DNA from: Scyliorhinus canicula
Taxonomy: Eukaryota
NCBI RefSeq assembly: GCF_902713615.1
Contig: NC_052164.1
Location: 26,958,114 to 27,022,113 of the forward strand
Reading direction: 5' to 3'
Length of the DNA stretch: 64,000 nt
A program made the translations under genes and the position numbers. How positions within the stretch are numbered: position 1 is the first letter of the stretch; the number at the start of each line of letters is the position of its first letter. The notes below the pieces were generated by a model. That model was not told where the DNA came from and searched no databases. It worked only from the letters and a program-made list of their open reading frames with translations. This document shows, in pieces, positions 61,946 through 64,000 of the stretch.

Positions 61946-62800
61946 GGAGGCTGGATTCTCCGCACCCCGATGCCGAAATCGGGCCTGGCGGCAGGGCGGA
62001 GAATCCATTTCCGCGTATGGAATCAGGGGCTGTTTAGCACAGGGCTAATCGCTGGCTTTTAAAGCAGACCAAAGCAAGCCAGCAGCACGGTTCGATTCCC
62101 GTAAAACAGCCTCCCCGAACAGGCGCCGGAATGTGGCGATTAGGGGCTTTTCACAGTAACTTCATTTGAAGCCTACTCGTGACAATAAGCGATTTTCATT
62201 TTTTCATTTCAGGATGGGCGCCAGTTCCCCGCTTCTCTGACCCCCGAGAAGCGGCGTCCTCGTAGCATCCCCTACCTGCGGCCATTGCCAGGAGGCCCGC
62301 CCCGCTATTCTCCGCCCCCACCGGTGGAACTCCCGACGGCGTGGATCTAACATGGTCCTGCCATTCGGGATACTGGCGTGGCGGCTGCAAACTCAGTCCG
62401 TGGCCGCCATGGTCGAGGGCGGGCCGATCGGAGGGCGGGGGGGGGGGGGGGGGGGGGGGGGGGGCTTCGTACGGGACAGGGCTATTTCTGGGCGGGCGTT
62501 CCGAGTCGGGCGCACGGCCGGTCTGGGGCAATGTTTATGAGGTCCAGCTCCATGTTCTGAGTCCGCCATGGAATACGGCGTGGCTGCTGGAGGCCGCCGT
62601 CATGCACATGCGCGGCCTCTGACCCAGAGGTGCGGGGGCCCGTATCTGCAGCTAAAACTGCTGGATTCATGACCGGTCCCTGCCCGTCCCCTGCAGGGCT
62701 ATGAATATGGGGCCAGTTTGACGCCAGTTTTTCTGGCGTGTAAGGCCATCGTTTTTACGGTGGCGTGGGGACATAGTCCCAAAAACGGAGAATCCAGCCC
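61946..62800. mobile_element. Harbinger-type MITE with nested SINE B
   Basis: TIRs GGCTGGATTCTCC / GGAGAATCCAGCCC. Confidence 0.8.
62026..62210 (+). mobile_element. SINE family B
   Basis: Paralog of 3695 and 24785. Confidence 0.88.
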
Positions 62801-63029
62801 AGGGTCTGCTCAATTTGCTTTGTCATTTTTTTCAAAACTACAACCCAAACAAAGGGACTGTGAGGCAAGGTAATGTTTACATCTATCGAATCAAATGGTT
62901 GACTAAATAGCTAACCTCCTAATTCCCAATAGTGAACAAACAAATGAGGATAGGTTGGTTAAACATGCCCGACCTCTGAGGCTGAGATCACTGCAAATAC
63001 CTCATGCTGTTGCCTGTGAGGGAAATTCC

Positions 63030-63310
63030 CCATAGCTCCAAGTGACCATAGGCTGCTCTCTCCTTTGAGGGGGAGAGCTGACTGGTGGTGATTTCAACTG
63101 AGGATCACCTCACCTCAGGCGAGGGACAAGGTTGAGAAGGTGGGTGCGGGGGTGGGGGGGGGGGGGGGGGGGGGAGGGAGGTGGGGGGTGGTGGTGGTGG
63201 TGGCTATGAATAACCTCAGTCAGTTCGGAAATTTGAACCCGTGCTGCTGCTGGCCTCGTTCTATATCACAAAACCAGCTGTCTAGCCAACTGAACCAGCT
63301 TAACCGGCCT
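63030..63310 (-). mobile_element. SINE with family-B head and a different (L2-like) tail
   Basis: Head GGCTAGACAGCTGGTTTTGTGAT..GGTTCAAAT; tail CACCACCAGTCAGCTCTCCCCCTCAAAGG..CAGCCTATGGTCAC. Confidence 0.7.
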
Positions 63311-63379
63311 CTTGGCAGAATATCAATAGTTCTCCTGCACCCATGCCATAATTCCAATGAGAAAAGCCCCAACCCGCTA

Positions 63380-63707
63380 ACACGGTGGCACGTTGGTTAG
63401 CACTGCTGCCTCACAGTGCCGGAGACCCGGTTTCAATTCTGGCTCGGGTGACTGTCTGTGTGGAGTTTACGTTTTCTCCCCGTGTCTGCGTGGGTTTCGG
63501 CCAGGCGCTCAGGTTTCCTCCCACTGTCCAAAGATGTGCAGGTTAGATGGAGATTGGCCATGCTCAATTGTCCCTTAGTGTCGAAAGGATTAGATGGAGT
63601 TACTGGGTTATGCGGTTAGGGTTGGGGCATGGGCTCAGGTAGGGTACTCTTTCCAAGAGTCGGTGCAGACACAAATAGCCTCCTTCAGCACTGGAGAGAT
63701 TCTATGA
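63380..63707 (+). mobile_element. HE1-type SINE
   Basis: Head, body and CR1-like tail. Confidence 0.85.
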
Positions 63708-63801
63708 CTAACCCAATCATTACAAGGCTGTTGATATAGAATGAAGCAGAAGCAGAAGTCACTTGGAGTTCCACATCTTTGGTCTCATAGGATTAAGGTG
63801 A

Positions 63802-64000
63802 TGTTGTGATGATAAATAGACTGTCATCTGTATTATCATCGTATGTAAATAATAATATATGTATAACTGTTGTAGTTCCAACATCCGACCACCGGGTGGT
63901 GTGAGTATGCAGACACGTGACCTGAACACACCATTTGTTCTAGATTCTAGAAGATGTTAGTAAGGAATTTGTAGCAGTCGTATATTAGAGTAGTTCTGTA
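63802..64000 (+). mobile_element. Probable LTR start (runs off the window)
   Basis: TGTTGTGATG start; CCACCGGGTGGTG motif and CACGTGAC, as in the LTR at 29012. Confidence 0.45.

Overview
Vertebrate genomic DNA, almost certainly elasmobranch (shark; the HE1-type and SacSINE1-type SINEs point to a catshark-like genome). It is intronic or intergenic and dominated by transposable elements. I could not identify a host protein-coding gene; most short ORFs in the track are artefacts of repeats and poly-G/C runs. Main contents: (i) an old, decayed L1-clade LINE with complete ORF2 architecture (14367-18495, -), carrying in its upstream spacer a much younger 5'-truncated L1 (18510-21822, -; 14-bp TSD; about 980 codons broken only by a 1-bp homopolymer frameshift); (ii) three decayed two-gene PIF/Harbinger transposons (HARBI1-like DDE transposase on +, spliced Myb/SANT gene on -), two with TIRs and 3-bp TSDs, plus a fourth remnant and many GGGC..GATTCTCC-ended MITEs; (iii) Penelope-like retroelement pieces with a GIY-YIG remnant and minimal type I hammerhead ribozyme motifs, one of them intact (3562-3600, -); (iv) a very young foldback-like element (44039-44924) with 128-bp TIRs built of 15-bp subrepeats and an 8-bp TSD, confirmed by an empty paralogous site in the window; (v) solo LTRs with 4-5 bp TSDs, several carrying CTCF-like motifs; (vi) CR1, L2 and Rex1/Babar LINE 3' fragments; (vii) a modular set of tRNA-derived SINEs whose heads combine with CR1-, Rex1-, L2- or poly(A)-type tails. 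One short HE1 derivative has six copies that all show L1-type 13-16 bp TSDs. Coordinates were read by eye and may be off by a few bases at decayed boundaries.
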